Source of the DNA: Octopus vulgaris
Lineage: Eukaryota
Direction of reading: 5' to 3'
DNA length: 64,000 nt
NCBI GenBank assembly: GCA_951406725.2
Contig: OX597814.1
Location: forward strand, 19,840,001 to 19,904,000
A model generated the notes under the pieces. It did no database searches and was not told the DNA's origin. It saw only the letters and a list, made by a program, of their open reading frames with translations. The translations under genes were made by a program, and so were the position numbers. Of the stretch, positions 13,380 to 28,570 are shown in pieces (position 1 is the first letter of the stretch; each line of letters opens with the position of its first letter).

Positions 13380-13450
13380 GTCTTCTTCTTCTTCTTCTTC
13401 TTCTTCTTCTTCTTCTTCTCTCTTCTTCTTCTTCTTCTTCTTCTTCTTCC

Positions 13451-13482
<32 letters not shown>

Positions 13483-13697
13483 CTCCTTCCCTTCTTCTTT
13501 TTCTTCCTCCAACTCCTCCTCCTCCTCCTCCTCCTCCTCTTCTTCTTCTTCCTCCTCTCCTTCTTCTTCCTCCTCATCCTCCTCGTCCCCTTCTTCTTCT
13601 TCTTCTTCTTACTCCTCCTCCCCCTTCTTCTTCTTCTTCCTACTCCTACTCCTCCCCTTCTTCTTCTTCTTCTTCTTCTTCTTCTTCTTCTTCTTCC
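13380..13697. repeat. (CTT/CCT)n microsatellite
   Basis: Direct reading of the sequence. Confidence 0.95.
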
Positions 13698-13944
13698 AAT
13701 CGGGACTCACGCCATTAGCCATAAAGAATAATCTCTAATTCGAGCCTATTCTAAGCTACTGAGAATGCGTGCGGCAACTTGAAGATCCACCCACCACACG
13801 CGATAGACCGGCGGTTGCACGAGCGCGAAAGCTACGTTGTTATCCTCATTCCGTAAACGGTGGCTTTTTAACGCGTGGAGAGCTGAACCATCCTGGGGAT
13901 TCGCAATCTAGACTAGAGTCTGAAAATTTACCACACCATAGTGG

Positions 13945-14170
13945 GGTACACCATGGTTCCTCTTCTTTGTGGCAGAAGTAGGAAGAAAGAGTGATAGAAA
14001 GTTGTGGTGAAAGAGTACAGCGGGGTTCACCTAACCCCGCCGGAGCCACGTAGATCTTAGGTGTTTTTGCCCAATAAACACTCACAATGCCTGGCCTGGT
14101 CTGGGAATCGAAACCGCGTTCTTCCGACCGCGAGTACGCTGCCCTAACCACTGGCTCATTGCGCCTCCAC
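13945..14170 (-). mobile_element. tRNA-derived SINE (third family)
   Basis: Minus-strand head gtggaggcgcaatgagccagtggttagggcagcg...gcggtttcgattccc carries A- and B-box-like motifs. Confidence 0.7.
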
Positions 14171-14585
14171 TTTGGCTGTTGTCTCTAGCAGGCTCAAGAA
14201 AAGTTGTACAGCCATCATGTAAACTAAACGCGCAACTGTAATATATACATGTTTCAACACACAGCACTTTACCAAAAATAACACAAAACTAGACAGAAAA
14301 CATTAATTGAAAAAAGAAACGATTCTCTGTAGAATACACACATACACCTACACACATACCCGCGCACAACGCACATACATAATGCATGCATACATACGTA
14401 GGTACATACATACGTACATACAGACATACACACACGCTGAAAAACTTTTACAAAACAATATTTACTGTGAGTCAGTGTTAATAGATACTCTAATGGGAAG
14501 ACTTATTATGGAATCGATTCTTACAAATAAAATATAACAAAACTTTAGACAAAATTTACATAATAGATACACATGTTCATACACA

Positions 14586-14645
<60 letters not shown>

Positions 14646-14697
14646 GTATATCACATATGCATACATAAATGCAAATATATATTTACTTCTATATACA

Positions 14698-14717
<20 letters not shown>

Positions 14718-14728
<11 letters not shown>

Positions 14729-14788
14729 GGGGAGAAAGAGAGGAGGAGAGAGAGAGAGAGAGAAGAAGAAGAAGAAGAAGAAGAAGAA

Positions 14789-14820
<32 letters not shown>

Positions 14821-14827
14821 AAAAGAA

Positions 14828-14874
<47 letters not shown>

Positions 14875-14930
14875 AGAAGAAGAAGAAGAAGAAGAAGAAG
14901 AAGAAGAAGAAGAAGAAGAAGAAGAAGAAA
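14718..14930. repeat. (GA)n/(GAA)n microsatellite
   Basis: Direct reading of the sequence. Confidence 0.95.
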
Positions 14931-15070
14931 TTAGCAGAAATGCAGGGACAAAACAAAAAAGGAAACTCGAAAGAGATAAAGAGAGATTGAGAGACTGATA
15001 GAGATTGTGAGAAAGGGAAAGACAGAGAGAGAGAGAGAGAGAGTGAGTGAGTCGGAGGAGGAGGAGGGAA

Positions 15071-15110
<40 letters not shown>

Positions 15111-15554
15111 GAAAAAATACTGAGGGAGGGAGAGCGATAAAGTGATTCAGAGAGAGAGAGAAAATGAGAAGTGGAGACAGACGATGAGAAAGAATTTTTA
15201 CAAAATTCAAATATTTACATGCCTTACACGCAATAAATTATTTCAAATGGATCTTTTGTGAACAAACAAACAAACGAACAAACGAACAAAAAAAAAAAAC
15301 AAAACAAAAAAGGACAAAAGCGTGAACAAAAATCAGAAAATAAAAGACAAAAAAAGCATACATAAAACATCTTGGAAAATAATAACTAAATAAATAATCG
15401 GAATCGATGAATCTTCCGAGCATTTATTTTCTTCAGCCATTCCACACTCACCATTATATTTTCTATATTATATTTCTATGCATTCAGATATTTACTTTGT
15501 ATGTTTGTTCGCTTTATTTGCTTGGCTCATCATACATATTACATATCATATCAC

Positions 15555-15644
<90 letters not shown>

Positions 15645-15661
15645 TATATACATATATATAT

Positions 15662-15692
<31 letters not shown>

Positions 15693-15846
15693 ATAAATAT
15701 ATATATACATATATACATATATATATGTATATACATACATATATATTAACTTACACATATATATCTGTGTGTATGTGTATGTAAGTAGGTATATATTTAC
15801 ATATACATATACTACTGTGTATGTATATATATACATACATACATAT

Positions 15847-15926
<80 letters not shown>

Positions 15927-16065
15927 ACTCTTTTTCTTTTCTCCTTGATATGCTTGTAGCCTGCATAAATATCAGTGATCATTTTACCAGGACGCTGATG
16001 ATATATAAATTTGCGTGTAAATATAACAATAATAATAATAGCAACAACAGCAACAACAACAATAA

Positions 16066-16172
<107 letters not shown>

Positions 16173-17295
16173 TATTAAAAGAAAAACAACGTCAAAATCT
16201 ACAAGAAAAGGCAACAAAAATTAAGGCGCTAGCACATAGAACTATTTGCTCAGTCTGAAAATTAAGCATAGAAGTTTACAATTAATTCAAAAACTATGTT
16301 AAATGGTTTACAGTTGAGTTTGCTTTGGTTTGGTTTGGTTTGGTTTAGTTTAGTGTTTTATTATTTTATTAGGCATTTTCATTTTTTATTTTTAGTTTGA
16401 TTTTAATTATTTTTTTTTTTAATTTCTGAAATTTTATTTGTATTATTATTATTATTATTATTTTTTTTTTTTTTGCCAATTCGATTTTTCATTCTTTTAT
16501 ATGGCTGGATGTCTTTTGTTCTCCTTATTGTTGTTGCTGCTGTTGTTTTTGTTGTTGTTGTTATTGGTGGTGATGGTGGTCGTAGTGGTGGTGGTGGGGG
16601 TCTAAGAATTATTTTTTTTTGTGTGTGTACGTTGATTTGTTTTTTTCCTTTTTGTTAAGCCTGTATTTAAAAATTTTAGAAGCGTAACTATTCTTTAAAC
16701 TTGGCATAGATCTAATTTTTCATGCATGTATACATATGTAAACAAATGGGCACCCCCTACACACCCCTTCTCTCCCTCCCTCCCTCTCTCTTTTTTTCCC
16801 CTCTCTTTAGCCCCTCTCTCTCTCCCTAATTTCCCCTCTTGTTCCCTGTCTCTCTTTCTCTCACGTCCTCCTCTCTCTCTCTCTTTCACACATACACGCA
16901 CACACACACATGCACACACACACAAACAAACACACACACACACACACACAATTACACATACACTCACTCGAACGCACACACCAAAAGAGACAAACTTACG
17001 CACACATGCAAACACATTAAACTGTATTTTTGTATTTTGAGGTTTAAATGTAAATTAAATAGTTGTAAATTACGAGTTGACATTTTTTGTGTGAATTGAT
17101 ATCAATATATATTAATAAGTGATATATAATATACTTTCATATACATCCGTATGCGTGTGAAAGCGTGCGCATTCGTTTACATTTACAAACACAAGTAATA
17201 GGTATTCAATGATATTGTAGAGTTTATTAAATTATTCGAAGCTGATACTTCGCTACTTGAATTTCACGTTTCCATTTTAGATTTAGACACGCACG

Positions 17296-17395
<100 letters not shown>

Positions 17396-17429
17396 TACAC
17401 ACACGGACGCACGCACACTCATTCACACA

Positions 17430-18399
17430 TACGAAGCCTGATCAAAAAGTATCGGGAGTGGTGTCTATAGAATGAAAACCGCAACATATATCAATTCGAC
17501 ATTTAATCTCATTCGAAGTAGTCCCTTACTGAAGCCATGCGCTTTATCTAGTGTCGTTGCTGTTGATGGAAGCATTCCTACCTGGAGCCTCGCATTTTGG
17601 GGGACAGAGAACAGCTGCCTCATGGCATTTCCCTGGATTTTCTCGACGTCGTAAAATTTTAATAGGATCTTCCACAGTGGCTGTGTGGTAAGTAGCTTGC
17701 CAACCAACCACATGGTTCCGGGTTCAGTCCCACTGCGTGGCATCTTGGGCAAGTGTCTTCTGCTATAGCCTCGGGCCAACCAATGCCTTGTGAGTGGATT
17801 TGGTAGACGGAAACTGAAAGAAGCCTGTCGTATATATGTATATATATATATATATATGTGTGTGTATATGTTTGTGTGTCTGTGTTTGTGCCCCCACCAT
17901 CGCTTGACAACCGATACTGGTATGTTTATGTCCCCGTCACTTAGCGGTTCGGCAAAAAAAAGAGACCGATAGAATAAGTACATGGGCTTACAAAGAATAA
18001 GTCCCAGGGTCGATTTGCTCGACTAAAGGCGGTGCTCCAGCATGGTCGCAGTCAAATGGCTGAAACAAGTAAATGAGTAAATGAGTAAATGAGCGAATAC
18101 TAAGCCTTGGTTTCGGGGTCATAGACTATTGTGATCGTTTTCAAAAAGTTTTCCTTTTCCTCGACACAATCAAAGATATGCTGCACAGCTGAAGCCTGAT
18201 CTTCATAATGAGACGACCACACTCTATACGCTTTACTTCGAAGCACTACTATAAACAACGGAAGCGGTGCAGAGACTTCATAACTTACTGTACATGCGTG
18301 ACAGAGTTCGAGGTCAATCAGTGCCAAGCGGTTTTATTCTGCGTGCTTTAACTACGTTACTGTAACAACAGTTCCGCTACTTTTTGATTAGACCTGGCA
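17430..18399 (-). mobile_element. Decayed, internally deleted mariner transposon interrupted by a SINE
   Basis: The left TIR tacgaagcctgatcaaaaagtatcggga resembles the reverse complement of the right end, tgccaggtctaatcaaaaagtagcggaa. The ORF remnant FLKTITIVYDPETK resembles mariner FLxRIITGDETWVYxYDPETK. Confidence 0.7.
17676..18090 (+). mobile_element. CORE-like SINE family A (inside mariner)
   Basis: Near-full family sequence. Confidence 0.85.
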
Positions 18400-18518
18400 C
18401 ATGTGTGTTGTGCACGCGTATGTATGCCTGCGTATGTATGAATGTTTGTGTATATATTCTTGTTTTTTTTTTCATCCTAAGTTATGTAAAAACCATTAAA
18501 AAAAACAATTAAATAGTA

Positions 18519-18870
18519 GGCGCAGGAGTGGCTGTGTGGTAAGTAGCTTGCTAACCAACCACATGGTTCTGGGTTCAGTCCCACTGCGTGGCATCTTGTG
18601 AGTGCATTTGGTAGACGGAAACTGAAAGAAGCCTGTCGTATATATGTATATATATATATATGTATGCGTGTTTCTTTGTGCTTGATAGCCGATGCTGGTG
18701 TGTTTATGTCCCCGTTACTTAGCGGTTCGGCAAAAGAGACCGATAGAATAAGTACTGGGCTTACAAAAAGAATAAGTCCCGGAGTCGAGTTGCTCGATTA
18801 AAGGTGGTGCTCCAGCATGGCCGCAGTCAAATGACTGAAACAAGTAAAAGAGTAAAAAAAAAGAGAGTAA
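18519..18870 (+). mobile_element. CORE-like SINE family A (internal deletions)
   Basis: Has the ggcgcaggagtggctgtgtggtaagtagc head and the family tail. Confidence 0.85.
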
Positions 18871-19371
18871 ACTTAAAGATTACTCAATAAGTTTTCGTAG
18901 TGTACATGTTTATTACGACTTACAAGAAGAATGGCAGTTTCGGCATGATCACCAACATCAGACTGTCTGATGAAGGTTAGCAAACCGAAACTCGTTATAT
19001 ACTTCTGTTGCATATAACTGAGCGGCTCTTTTCAACACCGGTGTCTTTTTTCACATCGATGTCTTCCTATATCGGTAGCGACAGATTTTGTCGTAGCATA
19101 AAGATGGCAGTAAGTACATGTTACTCACAAAACTCAACGATGGAGAAATGTGCACCTAGCATTCTCATCGGCCGATGCTGGATGTTTCGTATACTACCGA
19201 TATATATCATGATTTTAAACGCAGCACGTCCATAAGAGATTTTTTCTCCAGGCAGTAAATTTACCTTTCGCAGTCTTTTTACGCAAAATTTGACACAGAT
19301 GGATAATTTAATCTAACGCTGCTACTGTTGTATGTGTGCGTGTGTTTATGTATATATATATATTTGTTGTT

Positions 19372-19588
19372 TACACTTTTACTTGTTTCAGTCATTTGAC
19401 TGCGGCCATGTTGGAGTACCGCCTTTAGTCAAGCAAATCGACTCCAGGACTTATTCTTTGTAAGACTAGTACTTATTCTATCGGTCTCTTTTGCCGTACC
19501 GCTAAGTTACGGGGACGTAAACACACCAGCATCGGTTGTCAAGCGATGTTGGGGGGACAAATACAGATACATAAACACACACACACAC

Positions 19589-19663
<75 letters not shown>

Positions 19664-19828
19664 CGACGGGCTTCTTTCAGTTTCCGTCTATCAAATCCAC
19701 TCACAAGGGTTTGGTCGTCTTGAGGCTATAGTAGAAGACACTTGCCCAAGGTGCCACGCAGTGGGACTAAACCCGGAAGCATGTGGTTGGTAAGCAAGCT
19801 ACTTACCACACAGCCACTCCTGTGCCTG
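19372..19828 (-). mobile_element. CORE-like SINE family A
   Basis: Full reverse-complement copy with central (TA)n. Confidence 0.85.
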
Positions 19829-21150
19829 TTGTTCATTGTGTGAGTGTATGTGTGTGAGTGTGTGTGAATATGTGGACTAGCAGTTCAATTCCAACGACTC
19901 GTATGTATATTTATGTACAATCATAAATGTATATACTGTTATTAACTGTAATTATTGACGAGCCCACTCACCTCCAACTGAGCAAAATTTTTCCCTTGCC
20001 TCGCACTAAATTATAATCTTCCTCACTTCTTGACATTATATTCTACCCATCTCTAACTCCACCCTCTCCTAATTTCTCCTTCTTTCTCTTTTCCCAACAT
20101 TCAAGTATTTAGAAAAACGTATTCTTTACTATTACCTCATTTTAATGGACATTTTAAAGGGCACAAAAGCACTTTTCTTTTTCTTCGAAAAAGGACTCGG
20201 TCCGAAGCGTCTGAAGACCTCTCTGCTGATAATAATAACATATTATCTCATGAATGCTTTCTGTTTTATCAGTATATTCATATAGTAAAGTATGGATCAC
20301 ATATTTGACATGTTAAGTCAAAACATTCTAATTTGTTAAAACTACACTTAAATAAATCAGGAAATACATCATTATTTTAATGATTAATTCTCTTCAAGGA
20401 ATTCAGGGAAGACAATCATGAAATTTGAATCAAATTTAATTTAAAATAGAATGCAATTGAGAAATAATCTCATCTTTAGCTGTACACTTACAATTCGGGC
20501 GTTTTTGGGTCATATAACACCTCTCCAGCGAAACAGTTTAACTACTTTTACAGCATTTAGAATGATTTGAGAGGTATATAGGATTTTAGTGAATAAATAT
20601 TGAGTGGCACAATAGCTAGAAATAATGATTGGGGGAAAATACCCCAGATATTTTGCTGTATGAAGAACAAACAGTAAACTTTACGCTAATATACTTATCA
20701 GAATAAGCTAAATATGTTCATTATTTTAAATTATACTCTCAGCTTGCCAACTGCGTTAGATTTATAGCTGCTCATGATAATTATTTTGTTTTGCTAGATG
20801 TTATCTAATGGGATTTGTAAATATTTAGAAACATTTCGTTACATTTTTTAAAAGAATTTTACAATCAGCCTTGACGAGGAATGACAATACCACAGTTCCA
20901 AATAGTTAATATCATGATGAGACAGCACCAAATGATAATAATGCTACGCTTCTTATTTTAGGATCTGATACCTACTGCCAAGAAAATAAAGATTGATATA
21001 GACAAAGTCTTGTTTCTATTTCTGTAGGCATAAATACCACAAAGAATCATCTCCAATGTGAAGAAAGACGATTGTGCAGAAGCTTTTCTGATTTTTGTGG
21101 ATAGTAGTAAATAGAAGAACACTTAAATAGCTCTCTCTATATATATGTAC

Positions 21151-21213
<63 letters not shown>

Positions 21214-21330
21214 GTATATATATATATATGAATATATATATATATATATATGTATGTATATATACATACATATATATATATACATATATATATATACATA
21301 CATACATACATACATACATACATACATACA

Positions 21331-21362
<32 letters not shown>

Positions 21363-21404
21363 CATACATACGAGTGAGCAGACAAATTATATATATATAT
21401 ATCC

Positions 21405-21461
<57 letters not shown>

Positions 21462-21589
21462 TGTATATACATATGTATATGTATATATGTATATAGATAC
21501 ATATATGCATATATGTATGCATACATGCATACATTCATGCATGCATGTATGTATGTATGTATGAAACCTCGTAATCTCATATTTTATTA

Positions 21590-22062
21590 TCAGATGCTTG
21601 GACCTGGCCTGCATTGTTGTTGCTATTCTAGGACCTAGGGGCCTTCCCCATTCAGAGTGAGCAGCGGTGTTCCCAAATAGGCCTATGACATGCGAGGTCC
21701 AGAAGATGGTTTACAGCGGAATGCCGCTAGCTCCAATACCATCAGAGTTACGCCTTTCTAGCCAGTCCGTTTGGCATCGGTATCTTCCGCTTGGATCACT
21801 CGTTGAGTTCAGAGATCTAGCTTACTCCGCTTGATCCACCGTTGGGGGTCTTAATTTGGTGTGATGAGGGACATGAACAGCGCTTCTGTGCCCTTGTTTG
21901 AATAGATCTTATTTTTCGTTCTGATGGATGTCCTCATACCCTCCTCCAAGATCCAGCAAGCTGAACTAAGAGGAGAGCGGGTTTAGTCGCCGACGACCCG
22001 ACCATGACTGAGAGGAGCGGGAGTAAATGGTTACCCGTTGTCTCCATGAAGAGACCTTAGCA
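21590..22062 (-). mobile_element. Probable RTE-clade LINE 5' UTR fragment
   Basis: Higher-GC island. The segment ccttccccattcagagtgagcagcggtgttcccaaatagg resembles antisense RTE 5' UTRs as I recall them; not verified by a search. Confidence 0.35.
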
Positions 22063-22319
22063 CCGATGTTGCTATTGATATTATTGTTTATATTGCTATT
22101 GTCGTTGCTGCTGTTTAGTCCCAGATCATCATTGATGCAAACAACCTGTTATCAAAGCGTTCAAACAATGATCATAGAATCGAATTTTCCGATCCCGTAT
22201 CTATGTAGAGTCATCTTGTCCATTGTGGACTTCCCTATTTAAGATGCAAGTAATAGTAATTATTATTATTATTACTATTATTATTATTATTGTTGTTGTT
22301 TTTGTTGTTGTTATTTATT

Positions 22320-22612
22320 TAGCATGCCATCAAAGTGACGCTGGGGTAAAATATATGAATCCCAGTATACCCATCATGACTACCCGTCTGATAAGGGTAC
22401 ACTAGGCACATGCATCACAACCATATGTGCGCGACATGGTAATCTCGTATCAAGATAAACAGCACATGACTTTATAGGTGGATCGCTGTTAGAATTTTCC
22501 TCAGGTTGAGTGGCCCATCCTACTCAAAACTTCCCTGAATAATGGTTGTTTAAGGATGTTGAACGAAATACCAATGTTCCCAGAGGTGAAATATCCAAAC
22601 CCCAAAAAATTC
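22320..22612 (-). mobile_element. Truncated copy of the non-coding (TAA)n-associated element seen at 52075-52605
   Basis: gcatgccatcaaagtgacgctggggtaaaatatatgaatcccagtatacccatcatgactacccgtctgataaggg is shared, and the copy lies beside (TTA)n tracts. Confidence 0.75.
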
Positions 22613-22662
22613 CTATCTTTGCCTTCTTCATTTTACAACCGGGCTATTTCGTATTTATGAGG

Positions 22663-22718
<56 letters not shown>

Positions 22719-22769
22719 CATTATTATTATCATCATCATTATTATTGTTATTATTATTATTGTTATTGT

Positions 22770-22801
<32 letters not shown>

Positions 22802-23023
22802 AGGCGGCGAGCTGGTAGAGTTGTTAGCACACCGGACAAAATTGCTTGGCGGCATTTCGTCCGTCTTTACGCTCTCAGTTCAAATTCCGGCGAGGTCGAC
22901 TTTGCCTATTTTTCCTTTCCGAGCCGACAAAATACGTTAAGTACCAGTAAAAGCACTGAAGTTGACGTAATCGACTTAAACACTCCCTCGCAATTGCTGG
23001 CCATATGCCAGAGTTTCAAACCA
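22802..23023 (+). mobile_element. Nin/Deu-domain SINE
   Basis: Has the aggcggcgagctggtagagttgttagcac head and the gtcgactttgcct core. Confidence 0.75.
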
Positions 23024-23567
23024 TTGTTGTTGTTCTTGTTCTTGTTCTTGTTCTTGTTCTTGTTGTTCTTGTTGTTGTTCTTGTTCTTGTTGTTATTTTT
23101 GTTGTTGTTCTTGTTGCTGCTGCTGCTGTTGCTGTTGCTGTTGTTGTTATTGTTGTTTGTTGTTGTTGCTGTCGTCGCTGTTGGTTGTTATGGTGGAATA
23201 AGATTTACTGGGATCTCGTTTCAAGCTTGTTGAAGACCAACTGAAATCTCGTATCACGAGACTTAAATCAGGAATATAAAGACTTTGAAAATGGCGGCGG
23301 CCTCAAGCGGATTGGTATTAAACAAGGTTTGAAGTTTCGAAACTAACTATGCTCGAGTTCCTTGTTCATTCGTCCGGGAACCAATAAAATAGGAACCAGT
23401 AATACAATGATCTAAATATATTTTCATTTATTTTCTGCATAAAAACAATTTGTATTACACTTATAGAAATCAATATACGTTAAAGTGTACACTAAATATA
23501 ATATGCTCATACGTATACATACATACACACATACACACACACACACATATACATATGCACTTCTAAT

Positions 23568-23626
<59 letters not shown>

Positions 23627-23831
23627 GCATATACAAAATATATACTTTTATGATATACCCATATCGCTAAGCTAATATATACCTTAACCTATATACATAC
23701 ACTCATTCAGGCGCGCGCGTGTGTGTGCGTGTGTGTGTGTGTGTGCGTTCGCGCGTATGTCGCTGCGGATGCGTTCGGATATTATATATATGAGAATATA
23801 GATACATACACATAAACATATATCATACATG

Positions 23832-23875
<44 letters not shown>

Positions 23876-24272
23876 AGTGTGCATGTGTGTGTATATAGAT
23901 GTATGTGTGTATGTATGTATGCGTGTATGCCACCATCTATGCAAACACATACACATACATATGCACCCATTAATACAAATATATATATGTGTGTGTGTGT
24001 GTGTGTGCGTGCATTCTTATAGATATATATATATACACACAGATATATATATATATGTGTGTGTGCATATATATGTATACGTGTGTATGTATATACACAC
24101 ATACATACATAGCCGTTGCACCGTAGCACTCGCGTACATGCATACTTAGACACACACACCAGCACCCTAACATTCCGTCTCACACGTACATAATTACACT
24201 CGAAATACATACTGACGCAAGTGCAAGAAATACACAATCACGCACAAACACACAAATGCATAAACTCACACA

Positions 24273-24325
<53 letters not shown>

Positions 24326-24786
24326 CACATTATATCACATGCAAATACACAGAGAAAAGAGCACAAAACATCGGGAAGACAAATAAGCAGATGTGCGCTT
24401 GTATATTGCGTAGAGGCGTCAATAAAGGTAAATTTAATGCCTCAAAGTAGGTACATTATTCTATATCTAGCAATATATTCACTCTCGTTATTGACAGAGA
24501 TATTATATAGGATGGATATTTACTACACTGGATATCTTCCGGCTATAGCTTAACAGTGAATGTGTGCCTGTGTATATGCATATGTCTATCTAAACGTACG
24601 TGTGTGCATGCGTGTATGTATGTATATAAGTTTGTATGTAGATATATATGAGTGTGTGTGTGTAGATATATATGCGTGTGTGTGTGCGTGTGTTTGTCTG
24701 CACGTGTGTGTGTGCGTGTGGGTGTGTGTATGCATTTCCTATATCGTTTTGGATCTATTAAATATTAAATGTTGGCAATGCATGTA

Positions 24787-24866
<80 letters not shown>

Positions 24867-24981
24867 CTATGGACGTATGCATGCATATTAAACAGATAAG
24901 CAAATCTGTTAAACGTTATTAACGTATTTGCATTGTGTTTGTGCATTCATATGTGTACGTCAATGCGGAATACACATACAT

Positions 24982-25084
<103 letters not shown>

Positions 25085-25171
25085 TATGTGAGTGCGTATA
25101 TGTATGTATACATACATACATACATACATGCATACATATATATAAATGTACAGGTTTTGCGATGTGTGTGT

Positions 25172-25215
<44 letters not shown>

Positions 25216-25519
25216 ATATATATGTATTTATATATGTCATTTGCATGTGGTTGTCGAGGCAAAAATACAAAACTATTGTAATTTTTACGCCTCTATACCT
25301 TCACGTCTGTGTTTATATGTGTTTGTGGGGTTGTGTATGTGAACAATCGCGCATATGTATACACATACACACATAGATATACATACAGATATACGCACAT
25401 ATATACGGAGAGAGAGAGATGGACGCGCAAGCGAAATATGAGAACACTCAATGCATGTATGCATGTGTACATACATGCATGCAAGCAAAGGTACATACAT
25501 ACATACATACATACATACA

Positions 25520-25553
<34 letters not shown>

Positions 25554-25971
25554 CATACACACATGCATACATACATACATACATACATACATACATACAT
25601 ACATACATACATACATACATACATACATGCATACATGAATGGCGTTGAATATAGACACGTTGACATAGAGGACTATTCATTCTCCCGGATAACGAATACT
25701 ATCCGCCATAATTTTCGCCATTAATACAAGTCTGGTAAAAGAAACGGTTATCTTCTTTTAGTAAATGCAAAGAAAGAACTTTTCTCTTTTGCTTTTTTAA
25801 ATGATCGTAGTGGTAATCAAACAGTGAAATGCGCAGCACGTCGAAAATTACTATCCATACACCATGTTGACAAAAAAAACCCAAAGCCACCTATCACACA
25901 TCTCGGAACTAGCGAGAAAAATTCCAGTGGACTTTTGAATTAAAGCATGAGTTATACCAGTTCTACAGAAA

Positions 25972-26200
25972 AGCAAGGGAACTGGCAGAAGCGTTAGCAC
26001 GCCGAGCAAAATGCGTAGCCGTATTTCGTCTGCCGTTACGTACTGAGTTCAAATTCCCCCGAGGTCGACTTTGCCTTTCATCCTTTCGGGGTCGATAAAT
26101 TAAGTACCAGTTACACACTGGAGTCGCTGTAATCGACTTAATGTTTGTCTGTCCTTGTTTGTCCCCTCTGTGTTTAGTCCCTTGTGGACAGTAAAGAAAT
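25972..26200 (+). mobile_element. Nin/Deu-domain SINE
   Basis: Contains gaggtcgactttgcctttcatcctttcggggtcgataaattaagtaccag. Confidence 0.8.
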
Positions 26201-26829
26201 AAGAAAAGCAAAGGAAGATCTCTCGATAAGCTGCATAAATCGACTTTAAAATACTGGGATAAGAAATACGCCACTTTTCAGAGAAACACTTACGCCAGCA
26301 AGTTGCATTTGTTGAAAAGAAATATGCCACACATACATCTGAATATACTCTTGCCTGTATTCCTGGATATTAAATGCTTTACTGTATAATATACTTCAAT
26401 TCAAAAAGTATTCAAGAAGTATTCGTCAACAGTTTTTCTTTTATTTTCGCAGCGTCCTTAACGCTCCGCACATCAGTTCGTTTTTAGTGACATTCCAAAC
26501 GAAAAAAGGTTTAACTTTCCCTAATTGCCGACATTATAATCAGTGACATATTCAAATTCCACGAGGTCAACTTTGCCTTCTATCCTTTTGGGGTCGATGA
26601 AATAAGTACCATTTGAGCAGTGAGGAGATATAATCGACTAACTCTCTCCTCCAAAATGTCAGGCCTTGTGCCTATAGTAGAAAGGATCATTTCTGCATCT
26701 TTGTTACTGTCACTTGCCGTGACACACCCAGCGTCCTGGGGCCAGTGAAGAATAAGAGATGTTACAATATGACTGAAAGTTTGGAGAGGAGAAGTAGCGA
26801 AATATCTTCTTACAACACAGACATTTAAA

Positions 26830-27780
26830 TGGATAGGGTTTTTTCTAAGGATGTGGGCAGTACTTGTCAGCACATCTTTTGGATTTCTCTGAGACATGGT
26901 TCTCCTGGGATTTTATCTAGTTGTTTCTGACATCCTTTTTTCTTATCATACCTAGGGCACCTACAATAACAGCAGCAGTTCTCGTTTTAAGATGTCACAT
27001 CTTTTGTATTTCAATTTCCAAGTCTTTATATTTACTTAGTTTGTCAAATTCCTTGACAGATATATTATCAGTGGGAACACTTACATCTGTTAGTGTACAA
27101 GTATTTTCTTCCCTGTCTTTAATTATTATGTCTGGTCGATTAGCCTGGATTGTTCTGCCAATATTGACTTCAAAATGCCATAGGATAGTAACGTTTTTAC
27201 CTTGAACGACTGGCTCAGGATGATGTTCGTACCAGTAAGCACGAGTGCTGATTTTGTAGTGTTTACATATTTTCCAATGAAAATACTGCCTACCCTATCG
27301 AGATTGTCTATTGTTTCTTCAAATGTGTCGCAGAATCTGCATTTAGGGCCAGAACCGTTCTGAAGAACGTTAACCGCGTGTAGCTTTGGTCTTGTGCCAC
27401 CAATATGAAACCTTTCAATCCTGAACTTTTCAACCACTGACGGGTTGTTGTTTGAACTACATCAGCATTTCGACTTCGAAGTATATACTGGCTCCATCGC
27501 TCTTCAATTTATTTCTGCGCGTTCTTTTTGCAGTCTGTTTGATCAATTTTGCTTGTTTTGTGGCAGTGGTTCCAGGTTCTTCAACTATTCTAGGGCTAAT
27601 TCCAAGTTCCCTTGCGAATTTGTAAGCTTCCTTGACAATCGAATGTGACTTTTTGCTGCTTCTGTGTTTGCACACAAGTCGTAGTGTCCAGTCCTCTGTA
27701 CTAGATAAGTACCTGATCATTACTATTGTGGAGGTCTTATAACACAGTTCTACCTACATCATTCCTCTTCTCCCATCGAT
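26830..27780 (-). mobile_element. Decayed R4/Dong-type REL retrotransposon 3' part
   Basis: Minus-strand translation gives CRFCDTFEETIDN, ANRPDIIIKD, DVSVP, KLSKYKDLEIEIQKMWHLK and VIVGALG, with frameshifts. Confidence 0.85.
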
Positions 27781-28284
27781 AAAATAAGTACCACTTGAAT
27801 ACTCGGGTCGAAGTAATCGTCTTACCCTTCTCCTGAATTTGCTAACCTTGTGTTAAAATTTTGAAACCAAGCCGTATTTTGTCTTCATCTGTCCGAGATC
27901 TAAAAGTCGAGTATCAGTTATACGGTGGCTTCGACTCCATCAAATCTACTCTTTGTCTATCGAAGAGGAACAGGCTTAATGTCAGAAGGAAATGAAGAAA
28001 AGAGATGAGAGTGAAAAGGAGTGAGATACGACGATGAAATGAAAACAGAGAAATAGAGATTTTTAATGTGTGTGTGTGTCTGTATGCGTGTGTGCGTGCG
28101 CGTGCGTACATGAATGCGTGCGTGTGTGTGTGTGTGTGTGTGTACGTACGAGTGTGCACGCATTTCTCATTGTGCATTCTTATTGTTTGTTTGGAGATTA
28201 GAAAGAAAGGATAGTGGAAGAGATATCGAGAAACGAATGGACGAAGAGCAACAAACACCGTGCATCAATCGTCGTCACCATCGT

Positions 28285-28312
28285 CACCAGCAGCAACAGC
28301 AGCAGCAGCAGT

Positions 28313-28383
<71 letters not shown>

Positions 28384-28399
28384 CAGCAGCAGCAGCAGC

Positions 28400-28488
<89 letters not shown>

Positions 28489-28534
28489 TGTAGTACGAAA
28501 TAGTAGTAGTAGTAGTAGTAGTTGTAGTACGAAA

Positions 28535-28570
<36 letters not shown>

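Noticed and set aside
14095-14170. tRNA-like sequence
   Set aside because: It is the head of a SINE and lacks a complete acceptor stem.
18961-19000. CTGATGA-aggtt-agca-aacc-GAAAC hammerhead-like core
   Set aside because: There is no stem I partner after the putative site, so it is a truncated remnant at best.
20181-20218. ggac-tcg-gtcc hairpin with hammerhead-like flanks
   Set aside because: Both core strands are mutated (CGAAAAA, GAAG), so it is not a supportable ribozyme.
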